Of a stretch of 64,000 bases of DNA, positions 50,933 to 64,000 are shown piece by piece. A program made the translations under genes and the position numbers. Numbering within the stretch: the stretch's first letter is position 1; every line of letters starts with the position of its first letter. Source of the DNA: Lama glama (Eukaryota); NCBI GenBank assembly GCA_028534125.1, contig CM052816.1:10852001-10916000 (forward strand), in the 5' to 3' direction. The notes under the pieces were generated by a model. It searched no databases. It was not told where the DNA came from and worked only from the letters and a program-made list of their open reading frames with translations.

Positions 50933-52479
50933 TAAGAAAAACATAAGAATTCTCTTCCAGTTGGCATGGGATACATTCTAAAGCCAAGCAGTAGAAAATA
51001 TGTGGTATTAAAATTCACTGATTTGGGTTCTTCTAAGCCACTGTAGCAAATTTACTCTGATCTCTGATCAGTAGCTAATCAAGAGACTGTATAAATATGG
51101 CCTATGTTTCATTTTCTCACCCTAAAAAGCAGCTCATTATGCAGCCAATATCCAGAGAGTAGGGCCAGAAGGGTATAGATAGAAAGTTCTAAATTCAACC
51201 CAGCATCTAGGAAAGCCTTCCTCCCTCCTGTCCCAGTACAAGCTGGGCTGAATACACTCATCTTACACTTAGCAGACTTGCAAGGAGCGCCAGCAGACAT
51301 GACCAACCCAAGTGATGTCCACATATCAGGAGCCAGAGGCCCTTTTCTGTTAGAGCAGCCAAATCGTTGCTGAAAGCCCACTTCATAATGTGGCTGTTGC
51401 ATTTCAGGCCTCTTGAGGACAAGGCGTTTGGTGAGGGGAGATGAGGGAGTGAGATTGGGGGCAGAAGAGCAGGGGAATACTAATAAAGGCAGGAAGGAGG
51501 GGCGGCTTTCCTCCCGGCAGTATTACAGAGAGGAACTAGGACATGTGACATCATCACAGGATAAAGTGCACACTGTCAGAGCAGCATGTCATTATTGCAG
51601 AATAGTTGCCCAATTTGCTAATTCTCATATCACCTGCCATTTATGAACCCTTATTAGAAGCCCAGTGCTGTGTTAAACACTCTACACACAGCATTTCATT
51701 TAATCCTCAAAGAGCCCTATGAGGAAGACACTGTTTTCCCCAGCTGACAAATAAAGAAACTGAGGCAGAGAGAACTTAAGTAGCTTTATGTATAAGATCA
51801 GAATATTTGGGATGTCCTTATACTAAAAATTATTCATTTATCTGAAATTCACATTTCAGGCATTCTGTACCTTTTTCCCATTTGGCTGTCACTCAGGAAA
51901 GACTAGTTAAGTGCCAGCTGTGTGGGAATCCCAGTCCGGGGCCACGTGACTGGCTGGACCTGGAGTGGGGACAGGGCCCTCGGTTGTCTGCTTCCCAAAC
52001 CTTTGCAGGCACAGAGCCAGATACTGGGGGGGGGGGGGGGCACTCGAGTCCCTGCCATCCAGAAGAGAAGTTAGAACAAGTACAAATAATGAATGCAAGT
52101 TCTGATAAGGAAGGCCTACAAAGGCATGCAGCCGCAGACATGATCTGTTTAGCCTGAACATGTTGCCTTAAAAAAATGAAATCAAAAGCTTGCAGGTGGG
52201 GTGTGCTATCTCCAGCTCCCCAGAGCCCCCAGCACCTTTCACTCATTCCCCTGGCACTGCCTGCCTCCTGTGGGTGGTGAGCCCTCACCCCTGTTTTATT
52301 ACCAAGAGACTGACAGGGGTCAGCAAGTAGTTCAAGTCCTGGGACAGTACAAAGATAAGAAAGGGAGTTTCCAGCTGGGGACTCAGAAGAGACTGGAAGG
52401 GGGAAATGAGCATTTTGAATGCTCCTTCTCATTTTACTTCCCTGAATATTGCTAACAAGATGCGCTGCAGAGGCGAGAT

Positions 52480-52970
52480 TGATTCATTCAGCCAACTAAT
52501 GTTCCTTGAACACCTGCTATGCCCCAGGCACTGTTGTAGGTGCTGGAGGTGTAGGGTGAACATGACGGACAGAATCCCTGCATCAGTGATTTTACCTTCT
52601 AGTGAGGGAGACCAATAAAGAGGTTGTCAGGTAGTGAAAAGGACTGTGAGGAAAAATAAAACAGGAAGCGGGGCTAGAGTGGTAAGGAAAATGTCTTCTT
52701 GTCGGTTGGTTGGGAAAGACCCCTCTGAGGTTGGGACATAAACTGGGAGAGCCAAGTCAAAGGACAGGTCTTGTGAGAAAGAGGGTGAAGGGCTTTCCTG
52801 GCAGGAGGCGCAGTTAGTGCAAATGCCCTGAGGCAGGGACAGGATTAACATGTACAAGGAGCTGTAAGGAAGCACAGGAAGCAGCAGGGAGTGGGGTGGA
52901 CAGTGAGATCAGACAGAGTGAGGAAGCAGAGGTGCAGGTCACGGAGGGCCTGTCAGGTCACGCTGGGGCC
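52480..52970 (-). mobile_element. L2 fragment
   Basis: attcattcagccaactaatgttccttgaacacctgctatgccccaggcactgttgtaggtgctggag...tgcaaatgccctgaggcagg. Confidence 0.75.
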
Positions 52971-53403
52971 TGTGATTGGTAAGGAGCGACACTGAAATGA
53001 AATGAAATAATAGGACCTATCTCTTAGGGTCTTGTGAATATTAAATTCCCCATGTAAAGTGCTAACATGGCTACACAGTTAATTCTATATATGTCGCTAT
53101 TCTTATTCAGTGTTCAATAAATTTTTATTGAATGAACCGAATTAATGTAGACGCTATCTATTTAACAGCCCATTGTCAGAGCAAACGTTTGTCTCAGCAC
53201 AATACATGTTTTCATTTGGAAACACGAGCTCTGGTGTCAGATGTGCTGAGATCGATGCACTGATGCCCTTGACAGAAGCCAGTTTCTGTAGCAGTTCCTT
53301 CCATCATGACCTCCACCTCTCCCTGCTTCCCCGCCCCTCCAAAAGACTCCTTTACCAGCTGACTTTCGCTGGCATTTTGATTTCTTCTGGTTGCCCTCCA
53401 CAG

Positions 53404-53516
53404 ATAAAACTGTGAAGCTGTGGAAAGTCAGCGAGCGTGACAAGAGGCCAGAAGGCTACAATCTGAAAGATGAGGAGGGCCGGCTGCGGGATCCTGCCAC
53501 CATCACAACCTTGCGG
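53404..53516 (+). CDS. PPP2R2B: PPP2R2B internal coding exon (113 nt, phase 1 to 0)
   Basis: Acceptor ttgccctccacag| and donor CGG|gtgagc. Translates (D)[37 protein letters not shown], in frame with the previous exon. Confidence 0.98.
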
Positions 53517-56500
53517 GTGAGCCTGACGGCTGGTTTTCCACCATCTTTCAGCTTCCTTGGCCACCAGGGGAGGTGGGGGGGACAAGTTTGGCCACATACT
53601 GGCTTTTGCCATGGGTTGCAACTCTCAGGTGTGAACAGGGGAGTTCAAGCAGAGACCCAACCTATCTGCATCTCTGGCAGCAGCTGGAGGGGCAGGACAG
53701 GCACTGAGCTCTGATGGCGCCAAATCCACGCATCTCTTTCTGTCCCCAAGGACTTGCCCACGTGGCCACTGCCATACATTACTGTCTTCTCAGCCTCTGT
53801 TCACATCATCGAAAATGTCTTGAGCATCTTCTGTAATCAAGATCCAGGGGATGGGACCACGCAGAGGGGAAGCCGGGGTCTTGTGATTCAAAACATGAAC
53901 TTCTGAATCTAGCACGCCTGGGTTCAAATTCTACCACATACCAGAATCTCATGTAGTCGCTTAACCTTTTTGAACTCGAGTCATGCAAGTTATTTTTAGT
54001 TTTTCCGTATGCAAAACAGGGAACTTAATTACCTTACTATCTGTGGACTTATGAGGATAAAATGCAGTGAGGATGGCAAGCTCTTACTCCATGGCTGGTA
54101 CTTAAGAAATGGTCTCTACTGTTAGTCTCCCTAACTTCCTTCCTGCCCTCCAGAAATGCACAGTCTGGTAAGGAAAGAGGATGTGTAGGACTAATATGCA
54201 AATGACACGATGCTAAATAGAATAAGATAAATGCAGTGAGAGTTGGGGAGTTCCAGTTTTATCAAAGGCCTGAGAAATTTTATTTGGTTCTGGGAGGCCA
54301 GGAAAAGTCTTGTAGGGAAATGGTGTTAGAAATGGATTTCTGAAAGCAGACTCTTTTAAAGGGAAGGCTCTCTAGATATAGGTTAAGATGGTTCAGGACT
54401 GGGCAATGAGTTTAGTTTTGGAAGTGCTCAACGCGAGCGGTGAAGCAGGCACATGATGGGACCAGCCCCGGCCCCCAGGGACCCACAGATCTGTGTAAAA
54501 CACGTGCTTTCAGATGCCAGCTGCTCTACTAAAGACCAGAAACTGGGACCGGAGACGGAGACGTACCCATGGGGAAAAGAGGTTGTCGCCTGAGGTTCAG
54601 AGGCAGATGTGGGAATTGAATGATCGGTGGCTGCCTGATTACCTCACTTGTTGGTTTGTTCATTCATTCATTCATTTGTTCATCCGTTTATTCCATGAAT
54701 GCTTTTTGAGTACAGACTCTATGCTGGTCATAGTTGTAGGCTGTGTGCACCCAGTACTAATGGGTGCCTGCTCTTCTACTGAGCGTCCTCTGAGCCGACA
54801 AGCATTGGCTGTTCTGTTGCCTCTCGTCCGCTGTGCCTTTAACCTGGAGAATAGCCAAGCAGGTCCGCCTTATCAGACTGGTTCGATGCACTAAATGCGC
54901 AGAGGTTTTGGCAACTGGAGGACAGAGCAGTGAAGAGTGTAATGCTGAGTCAGTCTGTCCTGGGTCAGAGGTCTGGCTCCATTCCTTTCTGGCTGGTGGC
55001 TTTGGACGCGTGACTTAAATTCCTGTGCCTCCAACTTTTCACACCTGCGCAACAGGGCTGAGGGATGGTCATTACGTCCCAGGATCGTGGCGAGGACTTA
55101 GTACGATATCATGTGTGGTAAAGAGCTTATCCTGTGTGGTCTCACTCACAGAAAGCACTCAATAATATTAATTCCCTGCTGTTGGTTTAGTATTACTGTC
55201 ATCGTCACCAGTTTCATGGCTGTCATGACACCCAAGTTATGATAGTAGGCCTGGGTATATGAAGAAATTCCTATTTTTCTCTTCATATGCTTTTTATACT
55301 GCTGTTTTCACTCCTCAGGCTTGTGTCTGGTGCCTAGGAAGGAGGCAAGCACTGTGCTGGAGATGCAAAGGGGAGGAGACAGTCTTTCACCCCTAGGACT
55401 TCGCAGTCCCGTGGAGGAAACAGATAGATCGGGTGCCACTGGGGAGCTGATGACGTGAGGTTCTGCCCAGATGTTACCTTGCCCTCGTTTGCTGTGTGGA
55501 TGGAATTTCTCGGATGCTGTCTATGGTCCCCACGATGAGTTTCTATTGTCCAGGCACCCTATGAATTTCATATATCTGTGTTTAGCCCCTGGGAGAATGC
55601 CATCCCTGTGATGAAGGGGTGAGAAGGACTCTATGTAAGTTTCCATTAAAGCAGAGATTGTCCCCAAGATGCCACAGTGATGTTGTGAACTGGACTGGTG
55701 CATCTCAAACAGGGAAGGAGGCCCTGAGGTGTGGCTAGGAATCAGAAAACCCCAGTGCTGGTTCTTGCATTCTTAGGAACAATCCATGTGACCCCAGGCC
55801 AGTGAATCACATTTCTTCTCTCTGAGCTTGATTTCTGAGCTGCCGAGCAGAGGACTACGCAAAGTCAGTGGTTTGCCTCCTTGGGTGCCGGTTACAAATG
55901 CAGATGCCCAGGACCAAGCCCCACTGACTCTCTTCTACAAGCTGGGTGGTCCCTAGGAATCTGCATTTTTATCATGAGCCCCTGGTGGCTGAGATAAAGG
56001 ATCTGTTATCCCTGGACTTTTATCATCTCTAAGGCTCCTCCACACTCATTTTTCATGAGCCTCTGCTACTTTTCAATCATTTCGACAGTCATTGTACCAA
56101 CTCGCCAGACATTTGCTATCATACAGTAAAACTCATACCTGATTTCACCTCATCTACCCTCCTAGGCTTTCAAGCATCCTCATTTCACTGTAAACATCCA
56201 CACACCGGCATTCTTTCAATGTAAATACTGAAAAGGTCAGCCTCCTTTCTTTCTGATCCCAGTGGTAGAAGAAGAAAAACCAGGCAACCTTGAAGACAAC
56301 AGATTCAGAACAATGACTCCAAACAGAGAATGAGCTGATGAGATATTAATCAGACCCTAATTTACTAACATGCTCTGCTCTTGAAATTTGCATTGCCAGC
56401 AGTTGTGGCTTTTTTTTTTTTTCCCTTCCCTGTGCTATGATTACCTCTCACTCACTTTCGTAGTTTCCAGTTCTACGTGGATCTTAAGAGCAGGGAAGTT

Positions 56501-58326
56501 TAATAATACCCGACAGCTAATTAATCCTCACTGAGTAATGAACCTGTTCTATTTCAGCGCTGGGAGGCTCAGCTTTGAAAGTATGAATGTAGTTATTTTT
56601 TTCCCCTTTTTTATGCAAGATAGCCTTTCAAATCCAATCACTCGTTACCCAGAGAGACCATGAGAAGCACTTCTGAGAACACCACATCTCCTGCTCGGTA
56701 TTAGAACATTGAAGGCAATAAGCATGATGATAGTTTAATAGTAATAGTAGCTTATAGTTGTAAAATACCATTTATACCAGCTGTGAAGCTGTTTTCTTAC
56801 CTCACCCCCTGATTCATCTTCGACCAGCCAGTGAGGAAGGCAGGACAGGTATTTGGCAGGTGAAAATGCTAGTATGTGATATTGATGGTGTATTTACTAT
56901 ATCTCATGCCACCCACTCACTGCATTAGCTACCTCGTGGGCGACAGGTCACTGTTAAAATACCCATTGAACAGATGTGCCTCACAGAAGTTAAGTTATGT
57001 GCCCAAGGTCATGCAGGGCTAACAATCAAACCTTGATCTCCTTTGCTCTGGAACCTGAGCCCTTAAACCTGATGCAGGCTGAGAGGGATAATGACTTGCC
57101 CAATGTCTGTCAGCCAGTTATTCCAGAGCTGTCACTCAAAATCAAGAGCTATGGCTCTTAAACTTGGACACATACATTTTGGGACATTTTTAAAGGTTTT
57201 GTTAATAATCAGTGCTGTTATTATTCCAGATCAGGATGTGTGGACATGTCTCTCCTCCCTCTCTCCCCCTCTCTGTCTTTCTCTCTCACCTGCACATTCA
57301 CACAGTGAGTTCCCAGAACTCTGACCTCCATATGGAGAAACCAAGCCCTTGAGGTCTTACATATTTCCACTTAGCAAGATTCTCTGTGCCTTTCTTGCCA
57401 ACCTCCCAATATCCAGGGGTAAGAGGCCCTCAGAGCCCTTTCTCGGCAGCAGAAAGAAACTCATAGTTCAAGTGACTTAATCAGCCCAGGAGGGGAGCTG
57501 GGTGGTGACAGATCACACTGAGCCGACCTCTCTGTGCAGAACGGGCCTGGAGTCATTATTTCCCTCATTGTGGTTGGCTGCTGGTGCCCTGGGAACCGAG
57601 GCCAGGTTGAAACGTGCTTTTGAACCAGTTACAGAGTCTAGAAGGTGTGAGTCCCACACTGACTTGCCATAACCTCCCCCAAAATGAAGGAAATGTAATG
57701 AGCTTAAGTTTTCTAATGGATTTGTATCCAAATATTCCTTGCAGCTTATATAAATAATAATAATAATACCACGTTTATTGAGTGCTTACTATATGCAGGA
57801 CTGTGTATCCTTGTATCATTTCATCTGAACAGTAACTGTCCCGGGCAGATTCTGTTATTCTCTCTGGATCATCCAAAGCCTTCCTCCTTCATTCCACTGA
57901 AGTCTCAGAGCTGCGCTCCTGGAATTCTCTAGGGAAAATAGCACACTCACATCTTCCCGCTCGCTCTCGGCGTGCGTACCCTGCCCCTTTGGTCTTAGCT
58001 CTTTTCCTGGCCTGATGTATCATTTGTCTGCTTCCCCTCTCCCTCCACTAAAATGTAAGCTCCATGAAAACAGGAACCACGCATCTTCTCTCCTGCAGAT
58101 CCGGCACTGAGAACAGTGCAGGACACGTGGTAGCACTCAGTAGGTGGGTCAAGTGAAGAGATTCCACAGAAGTGGAAACGGAGTTTTAGGATAGGCAAGG
58201 GGTCGTCTGCCCAAGATCTCATGGCTAGAAAACGGTGGGGCTGGGATTCGAGTCTAGCCCATCTGACCCCAGATCTGATGCTTTCCATTATGATTCCCTA
58301 TAGCTGCTTTCTAAGAAGATATTCAT

Positions 58327-59355
58327 TCTTTTTTTTTTTTACTTTTTTGTTTCTAATTTATTCTAGTCTACATATGAATATATACATTTTTCCTCAATTT
58401 ATCCTTTCCCACCCCCTTCCCCCTCTGGTAATCATAAGTTTGTTTTCTATGTCTGTGAGTCTATTTCTTTTTTGTAAATAAGTTCATTTGTCTTTTTTTC
58501 TTAGACTCCATATATAAGTGGTATCATATGGTGTTTTTCTTTCCCTTTCTGGCTTACTTCACTTAAAATGACATTCTCCAGTTTCTTCCATGTTGCTGCA
58601 AATGGCATTATTTTATTATTTTTTATGACTGAGTAGTATTCCATTGTATAAATATACCACAGCTTCTTTATCCAATCATCTGTCAGTGGACATTTAGGTT
58701 GTTTCTGTGTCTTGACTATTGTATATAGTGCTGCTGTGAACATTGGGGTGCATGTATCTTTTTGAATTAAAGTTCCCTCTGGATATATGCCCAGGAGTGG
58801 AATTGCTGGATCATATGGTAGTTTCCATGCCTTGGCTATTGTAAACAGTGCTGCTATGACATTGGGGTTCAGGTGTCTTTTCAAATTACTAGTTTGGGTT
58901 TTTTTTGGGGGGGGGATATACCCAGGAATGGAATTGCTGGGTCATATGGTAATTCTATTTTTAGCTTTTTGAGAAACCTCCTTACTGGTTTCCATAGTGG
59001 CTGCACCAATTTACATTCCCACCAACAGTGTACAAGGGTTCCCTTTTCTCCACATCCTGGCCAACATCTGTTATTTGTGGAGTGTTTTTGTTTTTGTTTT
59101 TGATGATAGCCATTCTGACAGGTGTGAGGTGGTATCTCATTGTGGTTTTGACTTGCATTTCCCTGATTATTAGCAAAGGTGAGCATCTTTTCACATGCCT
59201 GTTGGCCACCTGGATTTTTTCTTTGCAAAAATGTCTATTCAGGTCTTCTGCCCATTTTTTAATCAGGTTTTTTTTTTAATGTTGAGTTGTTGAGCTGATC
59301 ATAAATTTTGGATATTAACCCCTTACCTGTCATATCATTTGCAAATATTTTCCCC
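58327..59355 (-). mobile_element. L1 3' fragment (ORF2 C-terminus and 3' UTR) with an internal duplicated junction
   Basis: Minus-strand ORFs carry L1 ORF2 C-terminal motifs ([40 protein letters not shown]...WIKKLWYIYTMEYYS). Poly-T at about 58329. Confidence 0.92.
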
Positions 59356-59509
59356 TGAAGGGAACTTCTTGACAGTTATCGCTAACAGGTCGTGGGATTG
59401 ACTAAACAAACTTTTCCCAAAGTGGTCATTTTGGTGGAACAACCGGTTTAGCTGCCTGTTCTGTTTTCTAGAGAAATGATGAAACAGACACTGGTTTATG
59501 TTTACTAAT

Positions 59510-59745
59510 AATAGCAACCACGTTTATTCAGCCATTCCTAGGGACTAACTCTGCACTGAGCAGGTTTGTGCACATTGTACAATTCATTCTTTATCACAAT
59601 CCTGTGACTTGTGCATCATGCCCATTTTACCGGTGTGTAAACGGAGGCTCAGGGAGGCGAGCACTGGCTTAAGGCCTCACTGGTAATAAGCGGCAAAGCC
59701 AAGAAGGAGCTGAGGTCTGTCTGATCCCAGGACTCCTGCCCATCA
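59510..59745 (-). mobile_element. MIR
   Basis: cccattttaccggtgtgtaaacggaggctcagggagg...aaggcctcac...gtctgtctga. Confidence 0.7.
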
Positions 59746-59992
59746 CCAATACACAGGACTGTTTGTTATTGCATGGTCCGTGATCTAGACAACAATGAGG
59801 ATGATAGCATCTGACACGTAGAACTTCTCAATGTATTTTAAATCCTATTCATTGAGTCCCTTCTATGTTCCAGGCACTGTGCTAAGTATATAGTACACGG
59901 TGAGTCTTACAAAGATGAGTGAAACACACTCTGTCCTCCAGGGCCAAGGAAGGGACACATTGCCAATGGCTGCGCCATGAAGTTCACTAAAG

Positions 59993-60190
59993 CAGTGTTT
60001 TCGAACCACAGTGCCTCTCATGGTTACTGGGGATATGTTTTAGAACAATCACTCGCCTCTTCACTAGGGATCTGGTTCAGAAGGTCTGAGTTGTACCCAG
60101 TGAAATGACATCATTGACAAGACCCCTCGTAGAAGACCCTCAGGTGATTCTGATACAGGTGATCCCTGGGACACATTTTGAGAAACACTA
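59993..60190. mobile_element. MER5-like hAT-Charlie MITE
   Basis: Terminal inverted repeats cagtgttttcgaa and ttgagaaacacta; internal caggtgattctgatacagg. Confidence 0.72.
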
Positions 60191-61758
60191 GATCGGGTTA
60201 GTGTACTGAGACGAGCACAGGAGATTGTCATGGCAGTTCAGAGGAAGAGCAAAAAGAATGAAATGAAGGACCAGGAAGGAGTTTTCAAGATACATGATGG
60301 ATGGTCTTTTATGCTGAGGGGTCTCATTTGATGCTCCCAAGGATCTTGGGAGACAAATGGGGCATGAATTGTGCTTTCCCTCTTTCTCATGGTCTGGATG
60401 TGATTATCCCCATTATAAAAGGGGGAAACTGAGGCTCTGAGAGGCAGAACTGAAAATCAAAGGCTTTCCGTCTATGCTCTCTCGCTGCCTCTCTGGTGAC
60501 TGTGTGGTGATGCTCACTCCAGGAGGATGGGCAACCCCAGGCCAGTCTCAGGGCAGATTACAGGTTGCGTCAGGATCAGCCATCACCGCCTTAGGTTTTC
60601 ATTTTGGGCTTATGCTTTGACAACAGAGTCCTCTTAGGACACAGATCCAGTCTTCCCCTACCCATTTTAAATTTTTCTAGAGTTCGTTTTATGATTTATT
60701 GCTGCTCTGGGGGCTTAATAGCCAATCCTTTTACAGTTTCATCTTTCCTTTCCTTATTTTTGTTGCAAATAACAATGGAGTGTTTAGCTACTGCAGTGCA
60801 AAATCAATCGAGGCTGTTCCATATTCACAGGCTCACAGTGGCACCCGGATGGCCCCTGGATGAGATTAACGTTGCGTACATGTCACTCTGGTGTGGGTAA
60901 TTTCTCCACCTCCACTCCATCCCTCCCCCTCCTGTCCCGGTGGGGGGGACATTGCGATCCCCCGTTGATTGACTGCCCCGCAAGTGAACACTGGCATGTG
61001 ATGTGTGTAACTCAGCGGGACGCACACACTCTGTGTTTATGAAAATAAATAATAATTTCTGTTATTGTTATTGATTGCCATCATTATCTGATTCTATCTG
61101 TCTGTGTCATGGGGTTTCAGTGATGGGATCAGAACGCACTCCACAGGAACTGCAGGCACTACCCTCACCAAAAAGCCTCTGTGTTTTGACGTGTTTTGCC
61201 TTTTGGGGGTGACAGTTGTGGATGTCCCTGCCTGTTCCTTGGCTGATCTTCGGCGAGACAGTGTTAGTTGTGTTCAGGGTGAGGCTTCAGCTGGAATAAG
61301 AGTAAAAACAGCAAACATTTACTGAGCATTTGCTGTGTTCCAGGGATGCTGCAAATGTGGGCTGATTTAATCTTCAAGATAAACCTATCTTGTAGGGACT
61401 AAAATAAACCTCATTTTCCAAAGCCAGAGAGGTCAAACAACCTGCCTGAGGGTCAGACACTAGTACACGGTCGTGCTTGGACTTAAATTCACGTCTTTAG
61501 GATTCCAAAATCCATACTGCTATTCTGCCTCTTGTACTAAATAGAATGCCTGATATATTTGTCTGAATATTCAGTATAAACCAAAAGATAAGTAAACAGG
61601 GACTAGAAAGAAAACTGTGAAGGAGACAGTAGACGCTTCTGGAATCTTGGGCACAGGTGGGGTTTCTGTTTTGTTCTGGAGGAAGATGGAGCTGAAAGGA
61701 TGCGTAGAATTAGATTGTGGTTTACCAGACCTCCTGGACGATCATCAGAATCTGGGAA

Positions 61759-61947
61759 TTTTTTTTTTATTGAAGTATACTCAGTTTACAATGTTGTATT
61801 AATTCCTGGTGTACAGCATAGTGATTCATTTATACATATATGTATATCCTTTTCCATATTTTTTTCATTATAGGCTATTACAAGGTACTGAATATAGTTC
61901 CCTGTGCTATGCAATAGGACCGTGTTTATCTCTTTTGTGTATAATAG
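61759..61947 (-). mobile_element. Short L1 3' end fragment
   Basis: ttttattgaagtatactcagtttacaatgttg...ggtgtacagcatagtgattca...gaatatagttccctgtgctat. Related to the copy at 28155. Confidence 0.82.
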
Positions 61948-62399
61948 AAAGTATCTTAATTGTTCCCAGCTAACTGATTCAGAGTGTCCAAGAGAAGGGC
62001 CAAGGGATCTACCCATGTTTCTCAGCTGTATCCCAGGTGGTTCTGAAGATAAACTGGGCTTGAGGACATTGGCAAAGTGACCTTTAAAGTCCCCTCTGAA
62101 CATGAGCTTCTCTGATTTGATTCTGTAAGATCCTCCTCTGCCTGTTTCCTTCCTCCTACCTCAAGGTTCTATATGGAATACTCTGAGGGCAATGTTATTA
62201 TCACAACGTTTTACATTTGAGTGAATGAGTGGATTTAGAGTGCGCTTCTGCAAGCCAAGCAGGTTCAGGCTGTGTGACTAAACCTCTGCCCTTTATAACT
62301 CAGGTTCTTACCCCCTCTTACTCCTGGTCACATCAGGGGGCAGCCCACCTAACCACCAGCGTGCTGGGGCAGCGACAGTAGTGCAGGCGTCAGTGAAAT

Positions 62400-62615
62400 A
62401 CCCACTGTGCGCCCAGCCTTCTGCTCAGCACATTTAAGTGCCGTCTTATTGCAGCCTGACGGCAGTCCTGTGGGGTAAGTACTGTTTTTATTCCCATTTT
62501 GCAGATGAGTACATTCGATTCAGGGAACTGAGCTTACTTGCCCAAGGGCTACAGCTACTAAGGGACAGAGTCATCTTTTTAACCAGTTTCAGTCTGACTC
62601 CAGAGTCTGTGATCT
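62400..62615 (-). mobile_element. MIR
   Basis: cccattttgcagatgag...acttgcccaagggctacagcta...agtctgactccagag. Confidence 0.75.
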
Positions 62616-64000
62616 TAATACCGTGCCCCAGTCTCCAGGCAAGGGCTCGAGCACTGATCACATCTTACCTATCGTCTGTAAAATGGAAATCATGGCACAT
62701 TCTTCCCACAAAGGCTGTGTGAATAAAATAGAGCAGCCTTATGCCTTGCGATCAGTGGGTGTTCCTTCCCATCTTGTCTTTCTCCTAGACACCAGGACTT
62801 TCAGGAAAATCAGATAAATATATTGAAAAAATTCAAAGCAGTAGTATGTTTGGGGACCAGCAATCCATCCTGCTTTACTCTGAATGTGTGTTTGCCCTGG
62901 CTCTCCAGAGCTGCCTTGGATTCAGAGCACATTCACTGGCAATAAAATATTTTCTTTCATCTCAAAGCTCCCTTTGTTATGCTGCGCTTACCGTGTAGTA
63001 ATTAGATCCAAGATAAATATAAATATAAGCAGAATCCTGTATCTGGCTTGAGATCAAGTTCTCTTTGTCTCTTGCTCCCAACCCCTTTGGAAGGCATCCA
63101 TGGCTTCTCGATGTGATAGGAACTAGTAAATGACACTTGGTGACAATGGGAAGCTGAGAAGTCCACTAGCATCAGAAGAAGAAAAGGATCATGTTAGTGA
63201 AGGAAATCTTGATGTTTCCATGGCCCCTGGGGCAGTTTGTCTTGAGGGTCCACAGTCAGGAGGCACAGTATTCTAGACTATGACCCACCCTCTTTTCCTA
63301 ACCTTGGTCAGTAAATGGTCTGAATTTCAGAGATGTGAGAAGGTCGTCCCGGCCAGGGCAGGCTGCTACCCTTCTCCAGGCTTGGCGAGCAAGGATCTTG
63401 TCATTGTGTGAAACCTAAATCACACTAACCCAGGCAGGTTTTTCTCAAAAGAGATATTATTGGCATGATTTTCCCCATCGTCTCCTTTAAAGGGCTCTCT
63501 GTGTACTTTTAGTAGATGGAAAATCAAGGCATAATTGGGTGATTCAAGGGGGAAAATTATCTCTATTTTCAGAATCTTTCAGATGCAATTATCTGAGCTG
63601 TGAATGTCGTGGGAAAGACGTTGTCCCCAGACCAGGTCCTGGCTCTGGTAGCGGAGCTACTGTTGCAGGAGTTATAGGCGTGAGTTCCAGCCCTTGAAAT
63701 TACTTGTGCATGTGTACGCGTGTGCAGGCGTGCACAGGGCGTGAAGTACCAAGAAGTGCTTTGCTCAGGAAACCTGAGAATGTTAGCACAGCCTGCAGCT
63801 GATCTATGGTATTTGTTTTTAAATTAGACTTACTTAACTAGAGGTCAGAACTGTGGGCCTGGGTCTCTACTGCTACCAAGTTATGAAAAGAACTCGTTTG
63901 AAATCACAAGAGGAATTCCAGGACCTCTGCTCACTATCCATAAGATTTTTGTAGAAAATTATTAACGCAAATGGATTTAGAATCAAGTTCAGGAGAAAAC

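Noticed and set aside
51893..52432. 179-aa minus-strand ORF
   Set aside because: GC-rich intronic sequence spanning a poly-G run, with no domain resemblance.
58501..59228. ORFs with a Cys-rich motif as a host gene
   Set aside because: They are L1 ORF2 C-terminal remnants.

Overview
Mammalian genomic DNA, most likely a camelid given three Vic-1-like tRNA-derived SINEs. The window lies inside the PPP2R2B gene (PP2A regulatory subunit B55-beta) on the + strand. Three internal coding exons (44508-44605, 47494-47659, 53404-53516) splice in frame with canonical GT-AG sites. The first 44.5 kb is the 3' part of a very long intron. The rest is intronic and rich in old interspersed repeats (MIR, L2, L1M, MLT1/MaLR solo LTRs, MER5- and MER8-like DNA transposons), a few younger L1 and SINE insertions, and microsatellites. 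The most notable feature is a heavily decayed Gypsy/Metaviridae-type pol fossil on the minus strand (about 40940-42200). By manual alignment it keeps RT, RNase H and integrase zinc-finger motifs in the correct order across several frameshifts. Other points of interest are a candidate REST/RE1 site, an NF-E2/AP-1 motif cluster, nested transposon stacks and a chimeric L1. All family assignments are by eye, from remembered consensus sequences; no database search was run. Repeat boundaries are approximate unless a TSD or terminal repeat is cited.
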